Shown here piece after piece: positions 45,554 through 54,665 of a stretch of DNA of 64,000 bases (its first letter is position 1; the number at the start of each line of letters is the position of its first letter). The DNA comes from Bryobacterales bacterium. Its GTDB lineage: Bacteria; Acidobacteriota; Terriglobia; Bryobacterales; UBA6623. A program made the translations under genes and the position numbers. The notes under the pieces were generated by a model. It was not told the origin of the DNA, searched no databases, and saw nothing but the letters and a program-made list of their open reading frames with translations. The stretch spans positions 4,841,997 through 4,905,996 of the forward strand of contig OZ244172.1 in assembly GCA_965216545.1 (NCBI GenBank). Direction: 5' to 3'.

Positions 45554-47430
45554 CAGCGTCCTTCGGGCAGCGCGTACACGACGAGCGTCGCCATGTACCT
45601 GTCGTTGTACTTGTTTCCGCCGCCGGCCGCAATCGCAACGTACTGCCGTCCATCGGCGCCGAGGTAGGTCATGGGGCTGGCGTGCCCGCTCGCCGGCAGC
45701 CGAACCTCCCACAGTTGCTCGCCGCTGTCTTTGTCGAAGGCGCGGAAGCGCGAGTCGTTCGTCGCCGCGATGAACACCAGCCCGCCCTTGGTGACGAGCG
45801 ACCCGCCGAGGTTCGACGCGCCGGTCTTGGGCACGCCCAGCTTGGTCAGCTCGTCATACTCGCCTAGCACCGTGCGCCAGCGAAACTCGCCCGCGTTCAG
45901 ATCGACCGCCGTCAGATGCCCCCAAGGCGGCTTCTGGCAGGGATACTGATTCGAGTCCCAGAAGCGGCCGTACTTCGTGCCGCGGCTGCGGTAGTCGGGG
46001 TTACGCGACTCGACCATCTGCACGAGTGCGCCGACGTCCATCGAGTTGACGTAGAGCGTGTAGGCCTCCGGGTCCCAGGCGCCGCCGCCCCAGTTGGGGC
46101 CGCCGTTGGTCCCGGGGAACATCACGGTCAGCTTACCCGCCTCGATCGGCCGGAACAGCGGGCCTTCGACGACGGCGTCGCGCGTCATCTCGAGGCACTC
46201 GGCGCGCGAGTCCGGCGTGACGTTGGTGAAGTCCGCCCGCGTCATCGACTGCCGTGTCACGGGGGGCGGCTTCTGCGGATGCGGCTGGGTCGGCCAACTC
46301 TCTTCGCCGGGAACCGCGCTCGCTGGGGCCGGCCGCTCGTCGATGGGGAACAGCGGCTCGCCGGTCAGCCGGTTGAACAGGAACACGTAGCCCGTCTTGG
46401 CGACCAACGCGACCGCAGGGATCGTCTCGCCCCCGCGCATGACCTCGATCAGGTTTGGCTGTGCAGGCAGGTCCCAATCCCACAGGTCGTGATGGATCGT
46501 TTGGTAGTGCCAGCGGCGAACTCCCGTTTCACAATCCAAGGCGACCAAGGAATTTCCAAAGAGATTCTGCCCCTTGCGGTCGCCGCCATAGAAATCGGTC
46601 GAGGGCGAGGTAAGCGGCAGGAAGACCAAGCCGTTGTCTTCGTCGACCGACGCCATCGACCACATGTTCGTTCCGCCGCGCTTCTGCCACGAGTCTCCGG
46701 CCCAAGTCTCGTGACCGAATTCGCCCGGACGCGGCACGGTGTGGAACGTCCAAAGCAGCTTGCCCGTGCGCGCGTCGAGGCCGCGCACGTCGCCGGCGGG
46801 TCCTTGCGGCAGCGAGTCGGTCACCCAGCCGCCGGCGACGATCACGTCGCCGCAAACCGCAACCGGCGACGTCAGGCCGTAGCGTCCCGGCGCCTGCATC
46901 ACGCCGTCCTTCAGGTCGAGGCGGCCGCCGTCGCCGAAGGCGGGGTCGGGCCGGCCGGTCTTGGCGTCGATGGAGAACAGATAGCCGTCCTGGTTGCCGA
47001 GGAAGACGCGACGTTGGTCTCCATCCCGCCAATAGGCGGCGCCGCGGTTGACGTAGAGGTTGACGCGGCTCGTCTTGTCGAGCCCGGAGTCGAACGCCCA
47101 CAGCTCCTCGCCGGTCTCGGGCTCGAGCGCGATCAGGCGGTGGAAGGGCGTGGTCAAGTACATCACGCCGTCGGCGACCAACGGCGTGGCCTCGAAGGCG
47201 GAGCGAGAAGGCAGCCCGCGCTTGCCGTCGGAGAAGTCGCCGGTGTCGTACTCCCAGGCGACCTCGAGGCGGAAGACGTTGCCGCGGTTGATCTGGTCGA
47301 GGGCGGAGTACTTCTGGCCGCCGGGATCGCCGCCGTAGGATTCCCAGCTTTGCGCCGCGGCGGGCAGGCCAACGACACAGGCGAGCGCGAGCGCCGGGAG
47401 CGTCAGACGGTGATGGCCGCGGGTGGTCAA
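45553..47430 (-). CDS. PQQ-dependent dehydrogenase (quinoprotein, 8-bladed propeller), exported
   Basis: WESYGGDPGGQKYSALDQINRGNVFRLEVAWEY... plus repeated W-motifs along 625 aa. N-terminal signal. Confidence 0.9.
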   Translation of the reverse strand: MTTRGHHRLTLPALALACVVGLPAAAQSWESYGGDPGGQKYSALDQINRGNVFRLEVAWEYDTGDFSDGKRGLPSRSAFEATPLVADGVMYLTTPFHRLIALEPETGEELWAFDSGLDKTSRVNLYVNRGAAYWRDGDQRRVFLGNQDGYLFSIDAKTGRPDPAFGDGGRLDLKDGVMQAPGRYGLTSPVAVCGDVIVAGGWVTDSLPQGPAGDVRGLDARTGKLLWTFHTVPRPGEFGHETWAGDSWQKRGGTNMWSMASVDEDNGLVFLPLTSPSTDFYGGDRKGQNLFGNSLVALDCETGVRRWHYQTIHHDLWDWDLPAQPNLIEVMRGGETIPAVALVAKTGYVFLFNRLTGEPLFPIDERPAPASAVPGEESWPTQPHPQKPPPVTRQSMTRADFTNVTPDSRAECLEMTRDAVVEGPLFRPIEAGKLTVMFPGTNGGPNWGGGAWDPEAYTLYVNSMDVGALVQMVESRNPDYRSRGTKYGRFWDSNQYPCQKPPWGHLTAVDLNAGEFRWRTVLGEYDELTKLGVPKTGASNLGGSLVTKGGLVFIAATNDSRFRAFDKDSGEQLWEVRLPASGHASPMTYLGADGRQYVAIAAGGGNKYNDRYMATLVVYALPEGR

Positions 47431-47432
47431 AG

Positions 47433-48170
47433 CTACTTGATCTTTTCGTCCTTCTCGATCTTGCCGTCGCGCACGTGCACGACCCGGTGCGCATGCTCGG
47501 CGATGTCAGGCTCGTGGGTAACGAGGATGATGGTGTTGCCGTGGGAGTAGAGCTGCTCGAAGATCTGCATGATCTCGACGCTGGTGGCGGTGTCGAGATT
47601 GCCGGTCGGCTCGTCGGCGAGCAGAATGGCGGGGTCGTTGACCAGGGCGCGGGCGATGGCGACTCTCTGGCGTTGGCCGCCGGAGAGCTCGCTCGGTTTG
47701 TGGTACATGCGCTGGGTCAGATCGACGAGCCCAAGCGAGTGTTTCGCGCGGCGCGTCCGCTCGGCCGGCGACAGCCCGGAGTAGACCAGCGGCAGCTCGA
47801 CGTTCTGCAAAGCGGTGAGCCTGGGCAGCAGGTTGAAGGTCTGGAAGACGAAGCCGATCTCCTTGTTGCGGATGTGCGCCAGCTCGTCGTCGTTCATCTT
47901 CGAGACCAGGTGGCCGCGAATGTAGTAGTCGCCGGCGGACGGCGTATCGAGGCAGCCGATCAAGTTCATGAACGTCGACTTGCCCGAGCCCGAGGGGCCC
48001 ATGATCGCGACGTACTCGCCCTTGCGGATCGTCATGTCGACGCCAGAGACCGCGTGGATCTTCTGGTCGCCCATCTGATAGGTCTTCCACAGACTGTAGG
48101 TCTGGATGATGACGTTGTCGCGAACGAGCGTCTCGCCGCGTTGCTTCTCTTCCGCCGTGAGTTTCGCCAT
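47433..48170 (-). CDS. ABC transporter ATP-binding protein (MacB/LolD-type NBD, stand-alone)
   Basis: ATG at 48170: [38 protein letters not shown]. Confidence 0.9.
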   Translation of the reverse strand: MAKLTAEEKQRGETLVRDNVIIQTYSLWKTYQMGDQKIHAVSGVDMTIRKGEYVAIMGPSGSGKSTFMNLIGCLDTPSAGDYYIRGHLVSKMNDDELAHIRNKEIGFVFQTFNLLPRLTALQNVELPLVYSGLSPAERTRRAKHSLGLVDLTQRMYHKPSELSGGQRQRVAIARALVNDPAILLADEPTGNLDTATSVEIMQIFEQLYSHGNTIILVTHEPDIAEHAHRVVHVRDGKIEKDEKIK

Positions 48171-48181
48171 GATTACTTGGA

Positions 48182-49510
48182 TTACCTGCTGTCTTCGGTC
48201 CTGACCGCCGCGCCGGAGACGAGCGACCGGATCACTTGATAGCCGCCGGTGATGATCCGCTCGCCTTCGCTCAGCCCGCTTGTCACCTCGATCGATCCGC
48301 CTCCGCTGACGCCGGTGCTGACGACGCGGTAGATCGCCCGCTGATCCTCGATGACGAAGACGCCCTCGGCGTCCAGTCCATCCTGCTCGCGCACGGTCAG
48401 CGATTGGATGGGGATCGTGAGGGCATTGTCGCGGACGGCGGTGGTGATCCGGACGGTGCAACTCATTCCGGGCCGCAGTGTTTCGGGCGGATTCTCGAGC
48501 GCGACGGTTACCTCGAAGTCGCGCGCCTCTTGGGTGACGGCGGTGGACTGGGAGGCGGCCAGCCCGCTGGAGCGCAGGATGGCCGTGTTGCCGATCTCGG
48601 TGACGCGGCCGGCGAAGCGCTGCTCGGGCAACGCGTCGATCGTAACCTCGGCGGGCTGGCCGAGCTCGACGTTGACGATGTCGGTTTCCGCTACCAGCGC
48701 TTCGGCGGTGATGACCGACATGTCGGCGATGGTCATCAGAAGGCTGGCCGGGGAATTCTGAATGCCGGGCACGACGGTCTCGCCGACCTTGACGGGCAGG
48801 TTGGTCACCACGCCGTGGATGGGCGAGATGGTGGAGTGTTTCTTCAGCACGTCCTGTGCGCGGCGCAGTTGGGCCTCGGCTTGGGCGATGCGGCGCTCGG
48901 CGGCCTGCTGCTTCGCGCCGAGCTCGAGCCGCTGCGCGCGCAGCCGCTCGAGGGTGGCTTCGGCTTCGGCGAGCGCGGCTTGGGAGGTCCGGAAGTCGGC
49001 GCGCCGGCGGTCGAACTCGTCGCGCGCGATGAGCCCTTCGGTGACCAGCTTTTCGGCGCGCTCGAAGAGCAGTTGCGCGCGCTCGATCTCGGCGTGGGTG
49101 CGCTCGATGGTGGCTTGCTGGGCGCGCTCGGCGGCGCTGCTGGCCTTGAGCGCGGCGGAGGCGGCGCGCAACTCCGAGCGCATCAGCTCGAGCGCGGCGC
49201 GTTGGGAGTCGACGTCGGCCGCCGGCTGCACCGACTCGAGCTTCGCCAGCAATTGCGCTCTCTCGACGACGTCGCCTTCTCGGACATAGAGGTCGGTAAT
49301 GCGTCCCATCTGGTCGGCGCCGATGTTGATGTAGTTGTTGGGCGTGATCTCGCCCGACGCGGTCGCGACTTGGACGATTCGCTGGCGGACGACCTCGCCG
49401 GCTTGAACGGCGACAGCGGAGTTGCGCGAGCCGCCGAGGACGAACGACGCGATCACGCCCACGATGACTAGGGCGAGAACCAGCCAGAGCAACTTGGATC
49501 GGCGGGACAC
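48182..49510 (-). CDS. periplasmic adaptor (HlyD/MacA membrane-fusion family)
   Basis: N-terminal TM anchor, a lipoyl-like motif ([22 protein letters not shown]), a long coiled-coil hairpin and a beta-barrel tail. Confidence 0.9.
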   Translation of the reverse strand: MSRRSKLLWLVLALVIVGVIASFVLGGSRNSAVAVQAGEVVRQRIVQVATASGEITPNNYINIGADQMGRITDLYVREGDVVERAQLLAKLESVQPAADVDSQRAALELMRSELRAASAALKASSAAERAQQATIERTHAEIERAQLLFERAEKLVTEGLIARDEFDRRRADFRTSQAALAEAEATLERLRAQRLELGAKQQAAERRIAQAEAQLRRAQDVLKKHSTISPIHGVVTNLPVKVGETVVPGIQNSPASLLMTIADMSVITAEALVAETDIVNVELGQPAEVTIDALPEQRFAGRVTEIGNTAILRSSGLAASQSTAVTQEARDFEVTVALENPPETLRPGMSCTVRITTAVRDNALTIPIQSLTVREQDGLDAEGVFVIEDQRAIYRVVSTGVSGGGSIEVTSGLSEGERIITGGYQVIRSLVSGAAVRTEDSR

Positions 49511-49599
49511 GGCGGGCTCCTCTCAGTGTCGCGCAAAGGGCGGATGGGAGAAAGGCGTGGTAATTGCCGCGGTCCGGGCGCGGTCGTATGATGATGGCG

Positions 49600-49878
49600 A
49601 TGAAGCGTCAGACGTTCGAGATCTCGGCCACCGAGCTTGCGGCGCAATGCTCGGCGGTGCTCGACGAGGTTGCTTCCACCGGGCGCATCCTGATCGTCAC
49701 CAAACACGGTCGGCCCGTCGCCAAGCTAAGCTCGATCGAGAAAGAAGATCCCCCATCTCTGATCGGTAGCTTGACAGCCGAGCTCGACATTGAGAGCCCG
49801 ACGGGGAATGGTGAGATTCGTCGTCGGCCCAGCCACAGGGCAACTCATGCGCTACGCCTTAGCACGTCAGCGCGCTGA
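49600..49878 (+). CDS. Phd/YefM-family type II antitoxin (C-terminus possibly corrupted)
   Basis: [58 protein letters not shown]. Alternative starts at 49588 and 49564. Confidence 0.7.
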   Translation: MKRQTFEISATELAAQCSAVLDEVASTGRILIVTKHGRPVAKLSSIEKEDPPSLIGSLTAELDIESPTGNGEIRRRPSHRATHALRLSTSAR

Positions 49879-50011
49879 AACAGGCTGCTGCGAGATCGGG
49901 CGCAAACGTCGGGAGAGCATCGACGTCATCCTGCGCCGAGGCGGCTTCATGGCCACAAGCTCATCAAATGTGATCGACAATGCCATCGCGGGGTTTGCAC
50001 TCACGCAGTGA
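49808..50011 (+). pseudogene. possible decayed PIN (VapC-like) toxin remnant, 67 codons
   Basis: The ATG sits in aATGgTGA at the expected TA junction. [10 protein letters not shown]... and ...NVIDNAIAGFALTQ faintly recall PIN N- and C-termini, but the conserved acidic residues and about half the domain are absent. Confidence 0.25.
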
Positions 50012-50025
50012 ACGAAGGACTAAGA

Positions 50026-52302
50026 ATGCCAACCCTCTATCGCGACACCGGCTACTCGCTGATCCATCTCATCGAGGACATCAGGCACGGCAACATCGCA
50101 CTCCCTGACATCCAGCGACCTTTCGTGTGGTCCAACGCAAAAGCTCGCGACCTCTTCGATTCGATGTACAGGGGTTACCCGGTCGGCACCTTGATGTTCT
50201 GGGAGACCGGGGCCGACGTTGGCACGAAGCAGGTCGGAGGCGGCGAGAGCGACAAGGTCGCCAAGCTCCTCATCGTGGATGGCCAGCAGCGCTTGACGTC
50301 CCTGTACGCCGTCCTGACCGGCAGGACGGTCCTCACGAAGACCTTCGACGAGAAGCGCGTCCGTATCGCCTTCAGGCCTACCGATGAGACATTCGAGGTC
50401 ACCGATGCGGCCATTGAGAGGGACCCGGAGTTCATCCCCGACATCACCGTGCTGTGGTCGAACGGATACAAGTCGACGGTCCGGGAGTTCATGACGCGTC
50501 TCAGCGAGAATCGGGACGAAGAGCTCGATCACGAGCAACAGGACTTTCTCGAAGAGCGGATCGACCGAGTTCGAGATCTGCGCGATTTCCGCTTCCAGGT
50601 CATCGAACTCAACGCTGGTGCGAACGAGGAACAGGTCGCCGACATTTTCGTCCGCATCAACTCGGAGGGCGTGAAGCTCAATCAGGCGGACTTCATCCTC
50701 ACCCTGATGTCGGTGCACTGGGAGAAGGGACGCAAGCAGCTCGAAGACTTCTGCAGAGACGCGGTTGATCCGAAGGTCTCCGGCCCATCGCCGAAGAACC
50801 CGTTCATCGACCCAAGTCCCGACCAGCTACTTCGAGCCGGCGTCGGGCTGGCGTTTCGGAGAGGGCGTCTGCAGCACGTCTACAACATCCTTCGGGGCAA
50901 GGATCTTGAGACCGGCGACGTGTCGCCCGAACGGCGCACGGAACAGTTCGACGAGCTGCGACGCGCCCAGGGCGAGGTGGTCGACCTGACCAAGTGGTTC
51001 GAGTTCCTCAAGTGCATGAACCACGCCGGGTACAGAAGTCGCAGGATGGTGACGTCCGAGAACGCGCTGATCTACACGTACATCCTGTGGCTCATAGGAC
51101 GGCGCGACTTCGGGCTCGAACTCAAGACGCTGCGTGGCGTCATCGGACGCTGGCTCTTCATGGCTCACACGACGGGTCGGTACACTTCCTCGCCCGAGAG
51201 CCAGCTCGAGGCAGACCTGGGAAGGATCTCGGCCCTGGAGCCTGGCGACGGAGAGGCCTTCTGCGCCGAGCTCGATCGCATCGTGCGCTCGAACTTCACC
51301 GGGGACTACTGGGAGATCTCGCTGCCGAACCGGCTCGACACGTCATCGCCCAGGTCCCCGGTTCTTTACGCCTACTGGGCAGCCCTCAACTTGCTCGACG
51401 CCGAGTTGCTGTTCAGCAAGCTCCGAATCCGCGAACTTCTCGATCCGGCTGTCACCTCTCCGCGCTCGATAGAGCGACACCACCTCTTCCCCAAGGCGTT
51501 CCTGGCGGCGAAGGGCGTCACGACAACACGACAGATCAACGCGATCGGAAACATGGCGTTCCTCGATTGGCCCGAGAACGCGGCCATCAGCGCGGACGAC
51601 CCGCTTGTGTACTGGCCGGCGATGACCAGCGGCATCGACACCGATCGGATGAAGCGGCAGACGTACTGGCATGCCCTGCCGGTCGGCTGGGAGCAGCTCG
51701 ACTATTCGACGTTCCTCGAGCGACGCAGAGACCTGATAGCGAAGGTCGTGCGTGACGGATTCGATCGTCTCTGGGGCGACGAAGGCGGTAGTGCCGAGCA
51801 CTCTTCGACGCTCGCTGATCTCCTCGCCGGCGGCGAATCTCAAACAGTCGAGTTCAAGTCGACTGCACGGTGGAACGTCCACACCAACCAGGCCGACAAG
51901 AAGATGGAGCACGTCATCACGAAGACCGTCTGCGGCTTCCTCAACGGCGAGGGAGGAACGCTGCTGATCGGCGTCGATGACGAAGGGCATGTCGTTGGCC
52001 TCGGTGCCGACATGCAGACGCTCGGCAGCAAAGCAAACCGGGACGGCTACGAACTCTTCCTCCGACAGCACCTCGACAACAACCTCTCAATCCAGACAGC
52101 GGCCGTCGTCCGAATCCGATTCGACCAAGTTGACGACAACGACGTCTGTCTCGTGTCGGTCGCCGCATCGGGAAAGCCGGTGTTCGCGAAGCCGCGCGAG
52201 GGTGGACAAGGCCCGACCGAGTTCTGGGTCCGCATCGGCAACGCTACGAAACAGCAACACGGCGACGACATGATCGAGTACCGCGACAACCACTGGGGCT
52301 GA
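50026..52302 (+). CDS. DUF262 (ParB/GmrSD N-terminal) - DUF1524 (His-Me/HNH) - AlbA_2 (Schlafen-like) three-domain fusion: putative type IV restriction / defence nuclease
   Basis: ALPDIQRPFVW...YPVGTLMFW...LLIVDGQQRLTSLYAV is DUF262. SIERHHLFPKAFL...IGNMAFLDWPEN (about 51470-51560) is DUF1524. GESQTVEFKST...VCGFLNGEGGTLLIGVDDEGHVVGL (from about 51830) is AlbA_2. ATG 50026 is preceded by GAAGGA; the track start is GTG 50008. Confidence 0.85.
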   Translation: MPTLYRDTGYSLIHLIEDIRHGNIALPDIQRPFVWSNAKARDLFDSMYRGYPVGTLMFWETGADVGTKQVGGGESDKVAKLLIVDGQQRLTSLYAVLTGRTVLTKTFDEKRVRIAFRPTDETFEVTDAAIERDPEFIPDITVLWSNGYKSTVREFMTRLSENRDEELDHEQQDFLEERIDRVRDLRDFRFQVIELNAGANEEQVADIFVRINSEGVKLNQADFILTLMSVHWEKGRKQLEDFCRDAVDPKVSGPSPKNPFIDPSPDQLLRAGVGLAFRRGRLQHVYNILRGKDLETGDVSPERRTEQFDELRRAQGEVVDLTKWFEFLKCMNHAGYRSRRMVTSENALIYTYILWLIGRRDFGLELKTLRGVIGRWLFMAHTTGRYTSSPESQLEADLGRISALEPGDGEAFCAELDRIVRSNFTGDYWEISLPNRLDTSSPRSPVLYAYWAALNLLDAELLFSKLRIRELLDPAVTSPRSIERHHLFPKAFLAAKGVTTTRQINAIGNMAFLDWPENAAISADDPLVYWPAMTSGIDTDRMKRQTYWHALPVGWEQLDYSTFLERRRDLIAKVVRDGFDRLWGDEGGSAEHSSTLADLLAGGESQTVEFKSTARWNVHTNQADKKMEHVITKTVCGFLNGEGGTLLIGVDDEGHVVGLGADMQTLGSKANRDGYELFLRQHLDNNLSIQTAAVVRIRFDQVDDNDVCLVSVAASGKPVFAKPREGGQGPTEFWVRIGNATKQQHGDDMIEYRDNHWG

Positions 52303-52304
52303 GC

Positions 52305-52394
52305 GACGCCGGTACGGTCTTCGCGATCCTTCGCCAAGCACTCACCGAGGACGAACTCTAACTCCATCGGCACGCCCGCGCGGATAGAGGTCAA
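52305..52394 (-). pseudogene. Ser/Thr protein kinase remnant (subdomain XI-like peptide only)
   Basis: The minus-strand reading SIRAGVPMELEFVLGECLAKDREDR resembles the C-lobe CLxKDPxxR motif of Hanks kinases. It ends at the DUF262 gene stop and has no kinase core upstream. Confidence 0.35.
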
Positions 52395-52924
52395 CGGCGC
52401 GCCCCATCTCTTGATCCAACTAAAGGGGTTATAGGAGCCAGAAGCGCCCTGCCCGAGAATTGGCCCGCTCGATTTTACAGATGTAAGCGATCCGCGCTGC
52501 CGGTCCTGTTCGCCTCGGATGATAACGCTCGAGGGCTACATAGGCTGGATTGCAGCGACCGCGACGAGCTGCCGAAGCCAGCGAAACCCGCGCGGCTCGC
52601 GGAACAGCCGGAGGGGCCTTGCCGCCGTCACAGCGTCTTGTCCGCTTCGCTGTCGACGCTAAATCCAGTGGAATCAGCTTGTTGGTCGAGCCATTCTGCT
52701 CCGGTGAGCCCTCGAAGCTTGGACCGCGATGCTACCCTGAAAACTGGACAAAGAAGGCGGCCTAGGAGATGCGGCCGTCTCTCACTGGCCAGTCCAACTC
52801 TAGAATTCTCCAACGCGCCCTGGCGGCTGGGCCTTGTTAACCGCCCGCAAAACCCGCGGCAGTAGAGGACCCGTCCATCGAGGACGCGCCTGCGGCGTAC
52901 GGCAGGAAACTTCCTAGCGACCAA

Positions 52925-52949
52925 GGCCCGGCTGGATTCCAGCCGGGCC
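52925..52949. repeat. perfect 11-bp inverted repeat (GGCCCGGCTGG att CCAGCCGGGCC)
   Basis: Read directly from the sequence. No clear U-tract on either strand, so function is unknown. Confidence 0.5.
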
Positions 52950-53036
52950 TCGGTCCGTTAGGACCTCAAAAATCGGAGTAGTCTGCCAGAACCTGACAGA
53001 GTCTGCCATCACACCAGCGTCGCGTCTGACTCCGCT

Positions 53037-54116
53037 ATGATGCTTAGCGCCATGCACACGCTCGTCGTCTGCGCTCTGCTCGCCGCTCTACCGCTAGCCG
53101 CCGCCTCTATCGAGACCATCGCCGGTACCGGCGTCTCCGGGGCCACGGGCGACGGCGGTCCCGCCGCCAAGGCGCAAGTCGGCAACCCCTATGGGCTGAC
53201 CCTTGGTCCCGACGGCGCGCTTTATGTCTGCGAGATCGACACGCATCGTATTCGCCGGATCGACATGGCGAGCGGCAAGATCTCCACCGTCGTCGGCACG
53301 GGCGAGCTCGGCAACTCGGGCGACGGCGGGCCGGCCACGAAGGCCAAGGTAAACGAGCCCTACGAGGTGCGCTTCGACAAGGCCGGCAACATGTTCTTCG
53401 TCGACATGAAGAACGCGAACGTGCGCCGGGTGGACGCCCGCAGCGGCGTGATCTCGACGGTGGCGGGCGCGGGAGAGATCGGCTTCTCCGGCGACGGCGG
53501 GCCGGCGGCGGAGGCGACCTTCAAGCAGCCGCACTCGATCGCTTTCGACAAGGCCGGCGATCTCTACATCGCCGATATCGGCAACCAGCGGATCCGCAAG
53601 GTCTCCATGAAGTCGGGCCGGGTCTCGACCTTTGCGGGCACCGGCGAGAAGCTGCCGACGCCCGACGGCGCGCCGGTCAAAGGGACGCCGCTCAAGGGTC
53701 CGCGCGCGATGGCCTTCGCGAGCAACGGCGACATGTTCCTCGCCCTACGCGAAGGCAACCAGGTGTGGCGGCTCGACTGGAACAGGCAGGTGTGGCGTCA
53801 CATTGCCGGCACGGGCGAGAAGGGCTACCAAGACGGCCCTGACGCCAGGAAAGCGACGTTGTCCGGCCCCAAGGGCATCGAGGTTGGCCCCGACCGAGCC
53901 GTCTACATCGCCGACACCGAGAGCCACACGATCCGGCGGATCGATCTCGAGACCGGGGCGATCGCCACCGTCGCCGGAGACGGCTCACGCCACGACGGGC
54001 CCGACGGCGACCCGCTCGCGTGCGGGCTGGCGCGTCCGCACGGAGTTTACGTCGACAGCGCCGGTGCGGTCTACATTGGCGACAGCGAAAACCACCGCGT
54101 ACGCATCGTGAGGTAG
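53037..54116 (+). CDS. NHL-repeat six-bladed beta-propeller protein, secreted
   Basis: Signal MMLSAMHTLVVCALLAALPLAAA. Six repeats of the type IAGTG..G.SGDGGPA..A....P.G...D..G.LY.AD..N.R.RR. Confidence 0.85.
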   Translation: MMLSAMHTLVVCALLAALPLAAASIETIAGTGVSGATGDGGPAAKAQVGNPYGLTLGPDGALYVCEIDTHRIRRIDMASGKISTVVGTGELGNSGDGGPATKAKVNEPYEVRFDKAGNMFFVDMKNANVRRVDARSGVISTVAGAGEIGFSGDGGPAAEATFKQPHSIAFDKAGDLYIADIGNQRIRKVSMKSGRVSTFAGTGEKLPTPDGAPVKGTPLKGPRAMAFASNGDMFLALREGNQVWRLDWNRQVWRHIAGTGEKGYQDGPDARKATLSGPKGIEVGPDRAVYIADTESHTIRRIDLETGAIATVAGDGSRHDGPDGDPLACGLARPHGVYVDSAGAVYIGDSENHRVRIVR

Positions 54117-54127
54117 AGGCGCACGGA

Positions 54128-54586
54128 ATGGAGCCGTTCGACCCGTTGAGCCCTGTCTTTTGGAAGCTGATCGGCGCGGCCGCGCTGTGCGGGGGCATCG
54201 TGGGGCTCGAGCGTCAGGTCATGGGCAAGCCGGCGGGCGTGCGGACCAGCATCCTGGTGTGTCTGGGGGCGGCCGTGTTCGTTCATCTCGGAGCGTCGGT
54301 GTCCGGCCCGGTCGCGGACCCGGCTCGCGTACTGAGCCAGCTCGTGGCGGGCGTGGGGTTTTTGGGCGCCGGGGTGATGTTCTCGCGCAGAGGCGTGGTG
54401 AACGGGGTGACAACCGCCGCGGTCATCTGGGTGCTAGCGGCGATCGGGGCGGCCGTCGGGTTCGGATATCACGCCGGAGCGGTCACGCTGGCCGTGATGA
54501 CGGTGGCGCTGCTGGTAGGCATCGACCTGCTCGAATCGAGCATCAAGTGGCTGGCGCGGGGCGTGCATACGCAGCAGGAAGATTGA
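54128..54586 (+). CDS. MgtC/SapB-family membrane protein
   Basis: ATG at 54128: LIGAAALCGGIVGLERQVMGKPAGVRTSILVCLGAAVF...GFLGAGVMF. Confidence 0.85.
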   Translation: MEPFDPLSPVFWKLIGAAALCGGIVGLERQVMGKPAGVRTSILVCLGAAVFVHLGASVSGPVADPARVLSQLVAGVGFLGAGVMFSRRGVVNGVTTAAVIWVLAAIGAAVGFGYHAGAVTLAVMTVALLVGIDLLESSIKWLARGVHTQQED

Positions 54587-54595
54587 GGCGGGGCG

Positions 54596-54617
54596 GACGC
54601 GTGCCGACGCACGCGTC
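54596..54617. terminator. 9-bp GC hairpin in a convergent gap, candidate bidirectional terminator
   Basis: GACGCGTGC cgac GCACGCGTC lies between the MgtC stop (54586) and the stop of the minus-strand gene (54666). A second hairpin with a GCAA loop is at 54631-54650. U-tracts are weak. Confidence 0.4.
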
Positions 54618-54665
54618 TCCCACTCGCCCCCCGGGGCCGCAAGGGCCCGGGAAGCGCGTCGTACC

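Noticed and set aside
49790-50011. A functional VapC/PIN toxin paired with the Phd antitoxin.
   Set aside because: It is only 67-73 codons long and lacks the conserved acidic PIN residues. It is retained only as a low-confidence remnant.
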